Origin: an uncultured Calditrichaceae bacterium
Lineage (GTDB): Bacteria > Calditrichota > Calditrichia > RBG-13-44-9
Direction: 5' to 3'
NCBI GenBank assembly: GCA_964495805.1
Contig: CAZBWV010000088.1
Location: forward strand, 28,886-92,885
DNA length: 64,000 nucleotides
Made by a program: the position numbers and the translations under genes
Part shown: positions 37,310 to 47,296 of the stretch, in pieces
Numbering within the stretch: position 1 is the stretch's first letter
Layout: each line of letters opens with the position of its first letter
The notes under the pieces: generated by a model
The model's database searches: none
What the model saw: the letters and a program-made list of their open reading frames with translations, nothing else
What the model was told of the DNA's origin: nothing

Positions 37310-38305
37310 TCAGGGTAATTTGCGCAAATAGGTATGCGCCAGAGCAACTTCCAGCAACAGCAGCAGGAATCCGATGCCGGCATAGTTTACAAACAGTTCC
37401 CGATATCTGGTAAACTCTTTCACCTCGATTTTGGTCTTCTCCATCTGATTAATCTGCTTGTAAATTTCGCGCAGACTTTCCGTATCGGTGGCACGGAAAT
37501 ATTTCCCACCGGTTTGAGCTGCAATTCGTCGCAAAAGTTCCTCATCAATTTGCACGGGCATGGGCACATAGCGACGTCCGAAGATCGGACTATCGACCGG
37601 ATAAAGAGCTGTTCCCCGCTTTCCGGCACCGATGGTATAAATGCGGATGTTGAATGCCTGAGCAATCTGCGCAGCGGTCATGGGATCAATTTCACCGGCG
37701 TTGTTGCGCCCGTCTGTCAGTAAAATAATCACCTTACTTTTGGCTTTACTGCTTTTCAGGCGTTCCACCGCAGTGGCAATACCGTTTCCGATAGCTGTTC
37801 CGTCCCATTCCTGCGGCGCCACCTGCACTTTGTCCAGTAACTCAATCAGTACGCCGTAATCCAGCGTTAACGGACATTGAGTAAACGCCTCGCCCGCAAA
37901 AATCACCAGTCCAATGCGGTCGTTCGTGCGGCTTTCGATAAATTCTCTGGCGACAATTTTAGCGGCTTCCAGCCGGTCTTTCGGCTTAAAATCCACCGCA
38001 CGCATACTGGTGCTCACATCCAGCACCAGCATGATGTCAATTCCCTCGGTAATAATTTTCTGCTTACGAACACCGGACTGAGGCCGCGCCAATCCCAGAA
38101 TAATCAGGGTCAGAATCATCAGCCGCAGCACAAACAGATAGCGGCGCAAGCGCTGTTTCAGGCTCACCGGCACATTTCGGGCGAATTTCAATGTGGAAAA
38201 TTTGAAATTGCCCGAAAGCTTTTGCCCGTAACGCCAGTGGTACCAGCCTAACAGCGGCACAATGACCAGTAAAATCAAATATTCCGGGTTCGCAAAGCGA
38301 AACAA
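37310..38305 (-). CDS. batA: BatA-like vWA-domain membrane protein
   Basis: TM helices and a vWA MIDAS (LDVSTSM ... LLTDGRNNAGE). Confidence 0.75.
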   Translation of the reverse strand: MFRFANPEYLILLVIVPLLGWYHWRYGQKLSGNFKFSTLKFARNVPVSLKQRLRRYLFVLRLMILTLIILGLARPQSGVRKQKIITEGIDIMLVLDVSTSMRAVDFKPKDRLEAAKIVAREFIESRTNDRIGLVIFAGEAFTQCPLTLDYGVLIELLDKVQVAPQEWDGTAIGNGIATAVERLKSSKAKSKVIILLTDGRNNAGEIDPMTAAQIAQAFNIRIYTIGAGKRGTALYPVDSPIFGRRYVPMPVQIDEELLRRIAAQTGGKYFRATDTESLREIYKQINQMEKTKIEVKEFTRYRELFVNYAGIGFLLLLLEVALAHTYLRKLP

Positions 38306-38449
38306 CCGACCGTTCCTCCTGTTGCCTTTAGCTTATCATGAGCACATCGGTTTGTTCCCCCGATGCGCTTTTTAAAATTCGTTGGCGGAGGGAGCCGACA
38401 CGCAAAGTGTGCTCCGCCCCGCCAATGGACCCCTTCCCATTGAGAAGCA

Positions 38450-39841
38450 TTAGCTCACATTTTGTTTGTCCGAATTATTCGTTTTCGGTTGTTGCCCGGT
38501 CTGGGGCTTCTTCAAAATGTCATCCAATTTCAACTTCAGGCGATCCACATCATTTTTATCCACCAGATACACCGAATCGTTCTGATTGCTCCAGGCATAC
38601 AACTGATTTCCCTTCTGCTTACCGAACTTCATTTCCACCTGCAGATTTCCTTCCTTGTACAGGCAAATTCGGAGCACCGGTTTATCCAGTCCGTATCGCG
38701 CCTGGTTGATGTTTCCGTCCTGAACAAATTTTTTGGCCAGTGTAAACTCCATGTTGGAGAAAAAGTTGTCCATCTTACCATCTTTCAACGGCGTACGGGT
38801 ACTATCGCCGAGCAGCCAGCGTCGGTTAATCTTATCCTTGGTAAATGCCAGAGCAGTACCGTCGTATTCCAGGTACACGCTGTCGATGGCATCCCGTACA
38901 AAGCGGACGATCCGGTTACTGCGGAATTCATTTAACCTTTTGTCCAGCGTCTCCACCAGCCCGTTCCCAATTTCGAAAATTGGTTTGCGCGATTCGTCCT
39001 TCGCATAGTATTTGCCATTGATTTTCCGGCTGACGATGAGCTTCTTCATCCCTTTATCCGGACCCAGATTGAGCTCCACAAAATAAGCCGGATGACTCAA
39101 GCCGTATTTCTTCAGCTGCGTTCCGGTCTCGTCCACAAACTCTTTGGCTTGTTCCCAGCTCAATTTGTTTAAAATAGCCCGAATTTTCCCTTCATCAGCC
39201 AATCGTTTAATCGAAACAATCTGCCACTGATCCGGTCCGATCATCTCGAACTCAAACACACCGTGGGGATTTTTCACCCGAACGCGTTTGACATCGTTCA
39301 CGGTAAACGTGAGCAGATGTTTGTCCCGCAGATCAAACAGTTTCTTATCGAATTGATTGCGGATGTACTCGTTGACCGTAAATACCAGAGTATCCACTTT
39401 GTTGGCGAAGACAAATCCGCCGACCGGTGTTTTGTCGCCAAACCGGACGGAATCCTGTTCACCGCTACGGTCTTTCACCCGAACGGTGAGCGCATTTTCA
39501 CCCAGGCCGTACTCGGAGAGTTCATTCGGTTTAACAGAAAATTCATTGTTCTTTTTCGCCGTTTCCAGATTGCTCAGCATGGAGCGCACATTGTTTTTAT
39601 CCGCATCCGTTTCCACCGGCTGGACAATCTTCCAGCTACCGGCCCGGTTCTCCAGCACGAAATCGCCATACTGGTTGTGAATGGTAATGGTTTGCACGCT
39701 GTCCTTCTGAAAATGGAAAATCTTCTGGGCAACCGCCTTTTTCTGCTCCACCGCTTTCTGGTGCTTAATTTCCACAAAATAGACGTACGCGCCCAGAGCA
39801 ATCAGCAAAATCAGTAATATAAGTGTGCGACCTATTTTCAT
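38450..39841 (-). CDS. DUF4340-like secreted or anchored protein, downstream of the gldG-like gene
   Basis: N-terminal anchor then repeated beta-rich modules. Proteins with this architecture commonly follow GldG-type genes. Confidence 0.45.
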   Translation of the reverse strand: MKIGRTLILLILLIALGAYVYFVEIKHQKAVEQKKAVAQKIFHFQKDSVQTITIHNQYGDFVLENRAGSWKIVQPVETDADKNNVRSMLSNLETAKKNNEFSVKPNELSEYGLGENALTVRVKDRSGEQDSVRFGDKTPVGGFVFANKVDTLVFTVNEYIRNQFDKKLFDLRDKHLLTFTVNDVKRVRVKNPHGVFEFEMIGPDQWQIVSIKRLADEGKIRAILNKLSWEQAKEFVDETGTQLKKYGLSHPAYFVELNLGPDKGMKKLIVSRKINGKYYAKDESRKPIFEIGNGLVETLDKRLNEFRSNRIVRFVRDAIDSVYLEYDGTALAFTKDKINRRWLLGDSTRTPLKDGKMDNFFSNMEFTLAKKFVQDGNINQARYGLDKPVLRICLYKEGNLQVEMKFGKQKGNQLYAWSNQNDSVYLVDKNDVDRLKLKLDDILKKPQTGQQPKTNNSDKQNVS

Positions 39842-39918
39842 GTTCTCCTCCGGAATAATCGTTCTTCTCGTTCCATGAATCCGTTTCTGCCGGGATTCAT
39901 CCTTCCTATTCAGTTAAG

Positions 39919-41457
39919 TTAGCGACGTCGGTAATACACCACAATACCGGCAATGACAATGAGCAACGGCAAAGCAATGACGCTGGTGTAAAGGATGATC
40001 TTGCTATCCTTCATGGAGAGGTTCACCCGGCGATCGTCAATTTCCTTGGGACGGATGGTGATCATGTCTTCCTCTTCAGCCAGCCAGTTCACTATGTTCA
40101 AAAACAGGTCGTAATTCCCGGAATTGCGGATGTAAGCGTTTCCGGCAAAATCGGAATCGCCAATCACCAGAATGCGGGTTTTCTTGTTGCCATTCACCGT
40201 TTTGGTGGAGACCACCGCCAGCGGAACCGGTCCCTTCACATCCCGGTCCGGATCGAATTTCACTTTCGGATTGCGGTAATCGGTTTCTCCCCAGCTACTG
40301 GCAGTGGTTTTAAACAGTTCCAGAGCGGAGTAACCACTCTCCCCTTCGGTGGTGGCCTGCACCGAACAGGCAACCGGGAAGAAGGTCATAATGTTGAAAT
40401 CCTTAAATAACTCGTGTTTGGCATATTTGTTAACCAGCGGAATTTCCGGTCCCATTCCAAATAACTGCCCTACACCGCTGGCATCCACCACAATGTTGTC
40501 GCCCACTTTAATTTTGTACTTTTTCAGAAATTCCGGAAGTGAGGGCTTCCATTCCGGATCAATCATCACAAACAGTTTACCGCCGTTCTCCAGATATTTT
40601 TTTATGGTGTCCAGTTCAAAGGGGAAGAAGTCCGATTTCGGTCCGGCAATCACCAGCACCGCACAATCGTCCGGAATTTTTTTATCCTGAGCCAGATTGA
40701 GGGTTTTCACCACATAGTTCTCTTTTCGAATCCCCTCTGCGGCCTGCTTAAAACCCTGCGGATCGTCCGACTCGATATCCTTTTCGCCATGACCGGTGGT
40801 AAAATAAATCACCTTATCCAGGTCTCGGGTTACTTTGATGATGGCATTGGTCAAATTACTCTCGGTCAGCTCGTCGATGGTTTCTCGCTTACCACCGCAT
40901 TCCACCACGGTGGTGCCGTATTGGGTAATGCCATAACGGCGTGCCATCTGAGGTTTCTGGTTGGGATCAATAATTTCGTACTTAATGTAGCGGGAACGAT
41001 AGGCGTATTCTTCCAGCTTGTCCTTCACCGCCACTTCATCGGACTTCTTAAAAAATGCATAGATGGTCACCTCTTTGTCCAGCCCGTTCAGCACAGATTT
41101 GGTTTGTTCAGAAAGGCTGTACAGGCCTTTTTCAGTCAGGTCTGCCCGCACATGATGGCGGTTGGTAATGAATGCCAGCAGAATAACAATACCAGACACA
41201 ATCAGTGCGGTTAGTAAAGAATTGGCACCGTACTGCAGCGATTTTCGGCTGATTTCCTTCTTTCGAAACCGGGCGCGATAGTATATTCCCACCCCGGTGA
41301 TAAGAATCCCTAAAACCAGAGAAATGGTGGAAACCCAATCCCACAACTGATTCAGGGAAAAGTTCACAAAGCTGTAAAGAAACAGAACAATTCCCACAAT
41401 CAGGGTTATATTGGCATATCGTTTCATTGTTCTCTTCGCCTCCTTATGATTCCACAT
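39919..41457 (-). CDS. GldG-like auxiliary component of an ABC-type system
   Basis: 512 aa with TM segments at both the N- and C-termini flanking a large extracytoplasmic domain. It lies in an operon after an ABC ATPase and an ABC-2 permease, as in the GldA/GldF/GldG arrangement. Confidence 0.6.
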   Translation of the reverse strand: MWNHKEAKRTMKRYANITLIVGIVLFLYSFVNFSLNQLWDWVSTISLVLGILITGVGIYYRARFRKKEISRKSLQYGANSLLTALIVSGIVILLAFITNRHHVRADLTEKGLYSLSEQTKSVLNGLDKEVTIYAFFKKSDEVAVKDKLEEYAYRSRYIKYEIIDPNQKPQMARRYGITQYGTTVVECGGKRETIDELTESNLTNAIIKVTRDLDKVIYFTTGHGEKDIESDDPQGFKQAAEGIRKENYVVKTLNLAQDKKIPDDCAVLVIAGPKSDFFPFELDTIKKYLENGGKLFVMIDPEWKPSLPEFLKKYKIKVGDNIVVDASGVGQLFGMGPEIPLVNKYAKHELFKDFNIMTFFPVACSVQATTEGESGYSALELFKTTASSWGETDYRNPKVKFDPDRDVKGPVPLAVVSTKTVNGNKKTRILVIGDSDFAGNAYIRNSGNYDLFLNIVNWLAEEEDMITIRPKEIDDRRVNLSMKDSKIILYTSVIALPLLIVIAGIVVYYRRR

Positions 41458-41484
41458 TTATTGGCCATTGTGTTTGGTCACTAA

Positions 41485-42267
41485 TCAGGCTTTCCACTTC
41501 ACCGAATCCACAGACTTCATGGTGAAATACACCCCCAGTGTAACAAACAACAGATAGTAGAACACATGTTTGGTGTCGATGACACCCTGGGCGAAATCTT
41601 CGAAATGGTTGATGATGGAAAGATAGTTCAGCAAACCGGCCAGTCCCGGTCCGGAGAAATTCGCTGCCCATCCGATAATCCACAGGAACAGGGAGAAACC
41701 AAATCCGGCCACTGCGGCAATAATCTGATTCTCGGTCATGGACGAAATGAACAGCCCACCGGAAATGAAAGCAGCACCCAGAAGAATCAGTCCGATATAC
41801 CCGCTAATTACCGGCCCGATTTCCGGATTGCCATAAATGAACAGCAACGCCATAAACACCACCGTGGGTAGCAGCATGATAATGTAAAACACCAGTCCGG
41901 CCAGAAATTTGCCCAATACCAGCTGCCACACCTGAATGGGTGAGGTGTACAGCAGCTCCACCGTTCCGGCGCGTTTTTCTTCCGAATACAGACGCATGGT
42001 GACCAGCGGAAGAATGAATAAAGAAATCAGCGCCAGATTCCAGAAATATGGCCGAATCACCTGCAGATTAACATTAAATTTCGGTTGCGGTTGATGAAAT
42101 TGCTGCGCACGAATCATGGCCATGAAGGCGGCTTCCACAAAACTGCTCAGATACAGATAAAAGAAGATTCCCGCAATGACGGTAAATGCCGCAATGACGA
42201 TGTAAGCAATGGGAGAATAAAAGAAATGCTTCAACTCTTTCTGAAAAATGGCCAGTGTCTTCTTCAT
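41485..42267 (-). CDS. ABC-2 family permease (GldF-like)
   Basis: 6-TM ABC-2 architecture, 260 aa. Confidence 0.7.
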   Translation of the reverse strand: MKKTLAIFQKELKHFFYSPIAYIVIAAFTVIAGIFFYLYLSSFVEAAFMAMIRAQQFHQPQPKFNVNLQVIRPYFWNLALISLFILPLVTMRLYSEEKRAGTVELLYTSPIQVWQLVLGKFLAGLVFYIIMLLPTVVFMALLFIYGNPEIGPVISGYIGLILLGAAFISGGLFISSMTENQIIAAVAGFGFSLFLWIIGWAANFSGPGLAGLLNYLSIINHFEDFAQGVIDTKHVFYYLLFVTLGVYFTMKSVDSVKWKA

Positions 42268-42268
42268 T

Positions 42269-43222
42269 TTACGCCACCTCCTCTTTTGTGGTCAGATGCA
42301 GGAAGATATCTTCCAGAGAGTAGGCTTCTTTGCGTAATTCGTACAGATTAAATCCGCGTTCAATCAGAGCTCGGGCAATATCCTTACGAATATCCTGACT
42401 CAGTTCCACCGAAACCTGTAGATGGTTGTTTTCCGGGAGTTTTTCGATGGTGGACGATACGATTTCCGGGAAGCCACTCAGCACGGCATTCAAATCGGTT
42501 TCGTTCCCATCCACTTCGATGATGGTGCGTTCGGTACCGCGCAACCGGCGGGTCAGATTAGCCGGAGTGTCTTCAGCCACCACTTCCCCCTGATTGATGA
42601 TGACTACCCGACCGCAGGTTTGCTCTACTTCGGGCAGGATATGGGTGGAAAGGATAACCGTGTGCTCACCGCCCAGATTTTTAATCAGTTCCCGGATCTC
42701 GATAATCTGGCGTGGGTCCAGCCCCACAGTGGGTTCATCCAGAATCAGAATTTCCGGATCGCTCAACAACGCCTGAGCCAGTCCCACACGCTGCCGATAT
42801 CCCTTGGAAAGGCTGCCGATGACCTGCCGACGCACTTCGCCCAATCCGGCCTTTTCGATCGCCTCATTAATGGCCTGTTTGCGCCGATTTCCGGGAATCT
42901 CTTTAATTTTACTGACAAAATCCAGATATTCAATCACCCGCAAATCGTTGTACAACGGGGGATTCTCCGGCAAATACCCGATTCGTTTCTTTACCTCCAT
43001 AGGCTGCTCCCAGATGTCGTACCCCGCTACGCGCGCCTCTCCGGAAGTCGGTGGCATGTAACAGGTGAGGATTTTCATGGTGGTGGTTTTTCCCGCTGCA
43101 TTGGGACCCAATAACCCCAGCACCTCACCCTTCTTCACATCGAATGTCACATTGTGAATGGCGCGCTTCTCACCGTAATATCTGGTTAAATCCCTTACCT
43201 CAATCACCTTTCTCTCCTCCAT
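42269..43222 (-). CDS. ABC transporter ATP-binding protein (GldA-like)
   Basis: Walker A GLLGPNAAGKTT, signature LSKGYRQRVGLA, Walker B ILILDEPTVGLD. Confidence 0.9.
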   Translation of the reverse strand: MEERKVIEVRDLTRYYGEKRAIHNVTFDVKKGEVLGLLGPNAAGKTTTMKILTCYMPPTSGEARVAGYDIWEQPMEVKKRIGYLPENPPLYNDLRVIEYLDFVSKIKEIPGNRRKQAINEAIEKAGLGEVRRQVIGSLSKGYRQRVGLAQALLSDPEILILDEPTVGLDPRQIIEIRELIKNLGGEHTVILSTHILPEVEQTCGRVVIINQGEVVAEDTPANLTRRLRGTERTIIEVDGNETDLNAVLSGFPEIVSSTIEKLPENNHLQVSVELSQDIRKDIARALIERGFNLYELRKEAYSLEDIFLHLTTKEEVA

Positions 43223-44303
43223 CGCTTTGGTTCAACGTCCAGCTATTTTCTGAGGTAGCTTGTAGTTGATTCTGTGAATTCACCGGTTCCGGAGCAACGG
43301 TTTCTCCGGTCACCCGGGTTGCTTCCGTCTGTTCCGGTGTCTGTTCCAGAATCAATCTGGTGTGATGAATAAACTGCTCTAATTGTTCCAGCGCCTGATC
43401 CAGCTCTTCCCCTTCGGGGATGTATCGGGCAAATTTTACCCGATCAGCCAGCTCCAGAACCGCCATGGCCAGCCGAAAATCCTGCTCGGGTAAATTTAGC
43501 TCCCGAAGCGACTGCTCGATCTCAAACGTCGTTTCTTCCATTGCGGTCATAAAATAACGGTTTTCCAGATATCGACGAAGAATACCGGAAATTTCGGTGA
43601 AAATGATTTTGTATTTCCCCTGCTCCCGGAGCTCCGGCAAAGCGCGCTTCAACTGCTCCAGCTCTTCCAGAGCAATCTCGTGAGCCGGACGAACCGTCTC
43701 GCGCTTCAAAAAAGGAATCATCTGTTTGCGATATTTCCGGAAGTAGTATCCACCCAGCACAGCCGCCACAATTCCTAACACCAGTGCCAGGTAAAGCCCG
43801 TATCGGAAGTACGGAAAGGGAATGCGAACAGGAGGCTTAATATCCTTCAACGTCTGGTTTTTATCGGACAACACACTTCTGACGAAAATGGTCAGCGGTT
43901 CGGAGCGAATGATTTGATACTTCGTGGCGGTATCGGACAGGGCAAATGCCACCGGAAACGGTGGAATCACATACTTTCCGGTATCGAACACAGAAATCTG
44001 ATACTCGTACTTTTCGGAAATTAAGGTATCGGTTTTTTGCGGCGGGTAAATTTTAAAATCTTTGATTTCGAACTGCCCTAAATTGGCTCCCGGTCCGGGT
44101 TGCTGAATATGGATCCCCGGAGCATATTGAATGACCAGCGTGTACGTAATTCGATCGCCGATGGTAATGTTGGACTTATCCACGCTGGCGCGAACCCGAA
44201 TCAGTGAATTACCGGTTCCCCACATCCAGTTAGATAGTACCAGAATAAGCCCGATTCCAATAACGATACTCGTTTTTCCGATGCTAATGAAACTTCTCCT
44301 CAT
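43200..44303 (-). CDS. BatD-domain paralog (short form): secreted N-domain + TM + helical C-domain
   Basis: Signal/anchor, a beta-rich domain sharing the pattern of the BatD N-terminus (SVDKSNITIGDRITYTLVIQ ... KYVIPPFPVAF), one TM segment, and a C-terminal coiled-coil region. Confidence 0.5.
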   Translation of the reverse strand: MRRSFISIGKTSIVIGIGLILVLSNWMWGTGNSLIRVRASVDKSNITIGDRITYTLVIQYAPGIHIQQPGPGANLGQFEIKDFKIYPPQKTDTLISEKYEYQISVFDTGKYVIPPFPVAFALSDTATKYQIIRSEPLTIFVRSVLSDKNQTLKDIKPPVRIPFPYFRYGLYLALVLGIVAAVLGGYYFRKYRKQMIPFLKRETVRPAHEIALEELEQLKRALPELREQGKYKIIFTEISGILRRYLENRYFMTAMEETTFEIEQSLRELNLPEQDFRLAMAVLELADRVKFARYIPEGEELDQALEQLEQFIHHTRLILEQTPEQTEATRVTGETVAPEPVNSQNQLQATSENSWTLNQSDGGEKGD

Positions 44304-45225
44304 ATATCACAACCTGCTCCGCTTTCATTAACCGTTCCATCAGTCGCTGATAGGCTTCCTGTTGCTTTTCCTGAAGAAAATCTTTTGCCACCCTCTCTTT
44401 TATTTCGCTAAACGGGGGAATTCGTTTGATGTTCCCGTTTTTATCTTTCTCTGCGTACTTCTCTTTATTGGCTTTGTAATAAAGTTCAATATCCGCTTCG
44501 GAATATTTATTTAAATTCACTTCCTTTTGGATTTCCTGTTCCAGGAGTTTCTGGGTCATCAGTGCTTTTTCCGCTCGCAGAACCCCTTCGCGTACATCTT
44601 TATCCCTGTCCAGCCCCTTGCGTTTGGCAGATTGGTACAGTAACTCCTGAACGATGTAATTTTTCAGGAATTCCAGTTTTTGCTGCGGGGTTCGAATTTG
44701 CTGTCGAACATAATCCGGTAGTTGATTCAGCTCGTATTCCAGATCGCCGGTGGTAATCTCCCGTTTGCCAATCCGGGCAATCACCTCCCCCGGCCGGGTT
44801 TTTGGCTTCTGGGATTCGTCCAGAGCGGCGGTTTCTTCCATTACCTGCTGGGCATCGGTGGAGCGCTTGAGCCGTTCCAGACATTCCACTATGCGGCGAC
44901 TCACCTCTTTTTGCAGATGACTCTCCGGGTAGAGATACTGGATACGCAGATAATAAGCCAGTGCATTTTCGTAATCGTGCAGCCGTTCGAAGTAGATGTT
45001 GGCAATCATATAAGAAATATTCGCCTGCTCCTTTTCGCTGAGGGGGTAATTCTGTAAATAATCTTTGTACACCTGGATGGCCTGCTGGTACAACTGCTGG
45101 TTGTACAGCACATTAGCCAGTTCCCGTTGCTTTTCGGCAGAAATATTGGGCGTTGCCGAACGCTGGCATCCCATCCCGATGAGTAAAAGCCCTAACAACA
45201 AAATTCCCGGAATCGTTTTGTTCAT
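44284..45225 (-). CDS. lipoprotein with TPR-like region and SurA-N-like chaperone region
   Basis: Lipobox LLIGMGCQ. TPR-like YQQAIQVYKDYLQNYP...YENALAYYLRIQYLYPES. The C-terminal region resembles SurA/PpiD N-terminal chaperone domains. The ORF-track 5' extension to 45459 would overlap the DUF58 gene. Confidence 0.45.
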   Translation of the reverse strand: MNKTIPGILLLGLLLIGMGCQRSATPNISAEKQRELANVLYNQQLYQQAIQVYKDYLQNYPLSEKEQANISYMIANIYFERLHDYENALAYYLRIQYLYPESHLQKEVSRRIVECLERLKRSTDAQQVMEETAALDESQKPKTRPGEVIARIGKREITTGDLEYELNQLPDYVRQQIRTPQQKLEFLKNYIVQELLYQSAKRKGLDRDKDVREGVLRAEKALMTQKLLEQEIQKEVNLNKYSEADIELYYKANKEKYAEKDKNGNIKRIPPFSEIKERVAKDFLQEKQQEAYQRLMERLMKAEQVVIYEEKFH

Positions 45226-45322
45226 TGATCCGTTCCCGATACTTTGAAAAATTGTGTTTCCTGCCTTACAAAACTTCTCAACCCATCTAACCGGTGAAAC
45301 CGGTACCACCATCTTCCTGAGT

Positions 45323-46216
45323 TTAATGGAACCGCTTCTCCCGCATCCGGAAAAAGCGGGTAAGCGGTGGCACATAAGATTTGTTGGTATAAATATCCAC
45401 ATAATCCACGCCAATGGACTTAAAAAGTTTCTCCAGACGGGTACGTTCCCGCAGAGCATTTTCGGAATACGTCTGGCGAATATCCAGCTGGGAAGTGTCC
45501 AGCAACATCACCTCGCCCGTTTCCAGGTCTTCCAGTTCAATGAGTCCCACCTCGGGTAGTTTTTCTTCCAGCACATCCATGATATGAATCGCCACCAGAT
45601 CGTGTCGTTTATTGGCGATCTGCAAATCTCGTTCAAACCCTTCACTCAAAAAATCGCTAATCACAAACACGGTAGCACGACGTTTCAGAATCTGGTTCAG
45701 GTATTCCAGGGCTCGGGAGAGATTGGTGGTACCTGCCCGGGGAACCTGATCGCGTGTAGCAAAGAACAGCAATTCCCGAATGATGCGTAGCATATGCTGG
45801 CGCCCCTTGTGCGGTGGGACAAATTTCTCAATCTCGTCGCTGAAAATGATTAATCCGACTTTATCGTTATTGCGAATGGCTGAGGAAGCCAGCAGAGCCG
45901 CAATTTCCACCGCCATCTCGCCTTTCATCTGATTCCGGCTACCAAAATGTTCCGACGCACTGGCATCGAACAGCAACATCACGGTTAACTCGCGTTCTTC
46001 TTCAAAAATCTTCACATAGGGATGATTCATGCGCGCGGAAACGTTCCAATCGATGGTGCGAACATCATCACCGGGCAGGTATTCGCGCACTTCGGCGAAT
46101 TCCATTCCCCGCCCTTTGAATACCGAATGGTATTCACCGGCAAACACTTCGTTTACCACACCGCGAATGCTGATTTCGATTTGCCGAACTTTTTTCAGTA
46201 GCTCTTTGGTATCCAT
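45323..46216 (-). CDS. DUF58-family protein (MoxR partner)
   Basis: DUF58 core VFKGRGMEFAEVREYLPGDDVRTIDWNVSARMNHPYVK, immediately downstream of the MoxR gene. Confidence 0.75.
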   Translation of the reverse strand: MDTKELLKKVRQIEISIRGVVNEVFAGEYHSVFKGRGMEFAEVREYLPGDDVRTIDWNVSARMNHPYVKIFEEERELTVMLLFDASASEHFGSRNQMKGEMAVEIAALLASSAIRNNDKVGLIIFSDEIEKFVPPHKGRQHMLRIIRELLFFATRDQVPRAGTTNLSRALEYLNQILKRRATVFVISDFLSEGFERDLQIANKRHDLVAIHIMDVLEEKLPEVGLIELEDLETGEVMLLDTSQLDIRQTYSENALRERTRLEKLFKSIGVDYVDIYTNKSYVPPLTRFFRMREKRFH

Positions 46217-46306
46217 TTCCGCTTTTCCAGTCGTCTCGTCCGATTCCTTCTACAAAACGGCTCTTTAAGCCTCACTTTCTGGGGATTCGATAGCTTCCGT
46301 CTTTTA

Positions 46307-47296
46307 TTATGGCACTTCAATCTGATTCAGCACCCGGCGCACCACATCCTCCGGACGCACTTCTTCGGCTTCCGCTTCGTAAGTTACGATGATGCGATGG
46401 CGCAACACGTCCATGCCAATGGCTTTCACATCCTCCGGGGTTACATAGCCCCGCCGACGCAGAAAAGCGTGGGCTTTTGCTGCCAGCTTCAAATTGATCG
46501 AAGCACGGGGAGATGCTCCATACGCAATGAGCGGTTGCAAATCCTTTAAACCGTACTCTTCGGGATTTCGGGTAGCAAAAACGATATCCACAATGTAGCG
46601 GTCAATTTTTTCGTCCATATACACTTCGTTGACCACCTGGCGGGCGCGAATGATATCCTGCGGCGTTACCACCGGATTAACCTGAATTTCCTGACCGGTG
46701 GTCATACGCTGCATGATTTGCAATTCTTCTTCTTTGTTTGGGTAAGTTACCTCTAATTTGAGCATAAAGCGATCCACCTGGGCTTCGGGTAAAGGATAGG
46801 TTCCCTCCTGCTCAATGGGGTTTTGTGTGGCCATTACCAGAAACGGTTCTTCCAGCGGGTAGGTGGTATCGCCAATGGTGACCTGACGTTCCTGCATGGC
46901 TTCCAGCAGGGCACTCTGTACCTTGGCCGGAGAGCGGTTAATTTCGTCCGCCAGAATCAGATTAGCGAAGATAGGACCTTTGCGGACGGTAAACTCCCCG
47001 GTTCGCTGGTTGTAAATCAACGTACCAATCAGGTCTGCCGGTAACAGGTCCGGGGTAAACTGAATCCGTTGAAATTTGGTTTGAATAACTGAGGAAAGGG
47101 TTTTCACCGTCATGGTTTTGGCCAGTCCCGGAACACCTTCCAGCAAAATATGCCCGTTACTCAACAGGCCAATCAGCAACCGTTCCACCATGTACGTCTG
47201 GCCTACAATAACTTTGCCCACCTCGGCGGTAATTTTTTCGACGAATTCACTTTCCTGCTGGATTTTTTCATGAATCGCTTGAATATCGACACTCAT
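46307..47296 (-). CDS. moxR: MoxR-family AAA+ ATPase
   Basis: Walker A GVPGLAKT and Walker B LILADEINR. AAA_3 architecture, 329 aa. Confidence 0.9.
   Translation of the reverse strand: MSVDIQAIHEKIQQESEFVEKITAEVGKVIVGQTYMVERLLIGLLSNGHILLEGVPGLAKTMTVKTLSSVIQTKFQRIQFTPDLLPADLIGTLIYNQRTGEFTVRKGPIFANLILADEINRSPAKVQSALLEAMQERQVTIGDTTYPLEEPFLVMATQNPIEQEGTYPLPEAQVDRFMLKLEVTYPNKEEELQIMQRMTTGQEIQVNPVVTPQDIIRARQVVNEVYMDEKIDRYIVDIVFATRNPEEYGLKDLQPLIAYGASPRASINLKLAAKAHAFLRRRGYVTPEDVKAIGMDVLRHRIIVTYEAEAEEVRPEDVVRRVLNQIEVP

Noticed and set aside
41231-41246. Sigma-54-like TGGCAC-N5-TGCAG match
   Set aside because: It lies in the middle of the gldG-like coding sequence with no downstream gene start. The -12 element is imperfect.
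45226-45459. 5' extension of the TPR/SurA-like lipoprotein ORF overlapping the DUF58 gene
   Set aside because: It overlaps the DUF58 CDS by more than 130 nt. The internal Met begins a clean lipoprotein signal (MNKTIPGILLLGLLLIGMGCQ).
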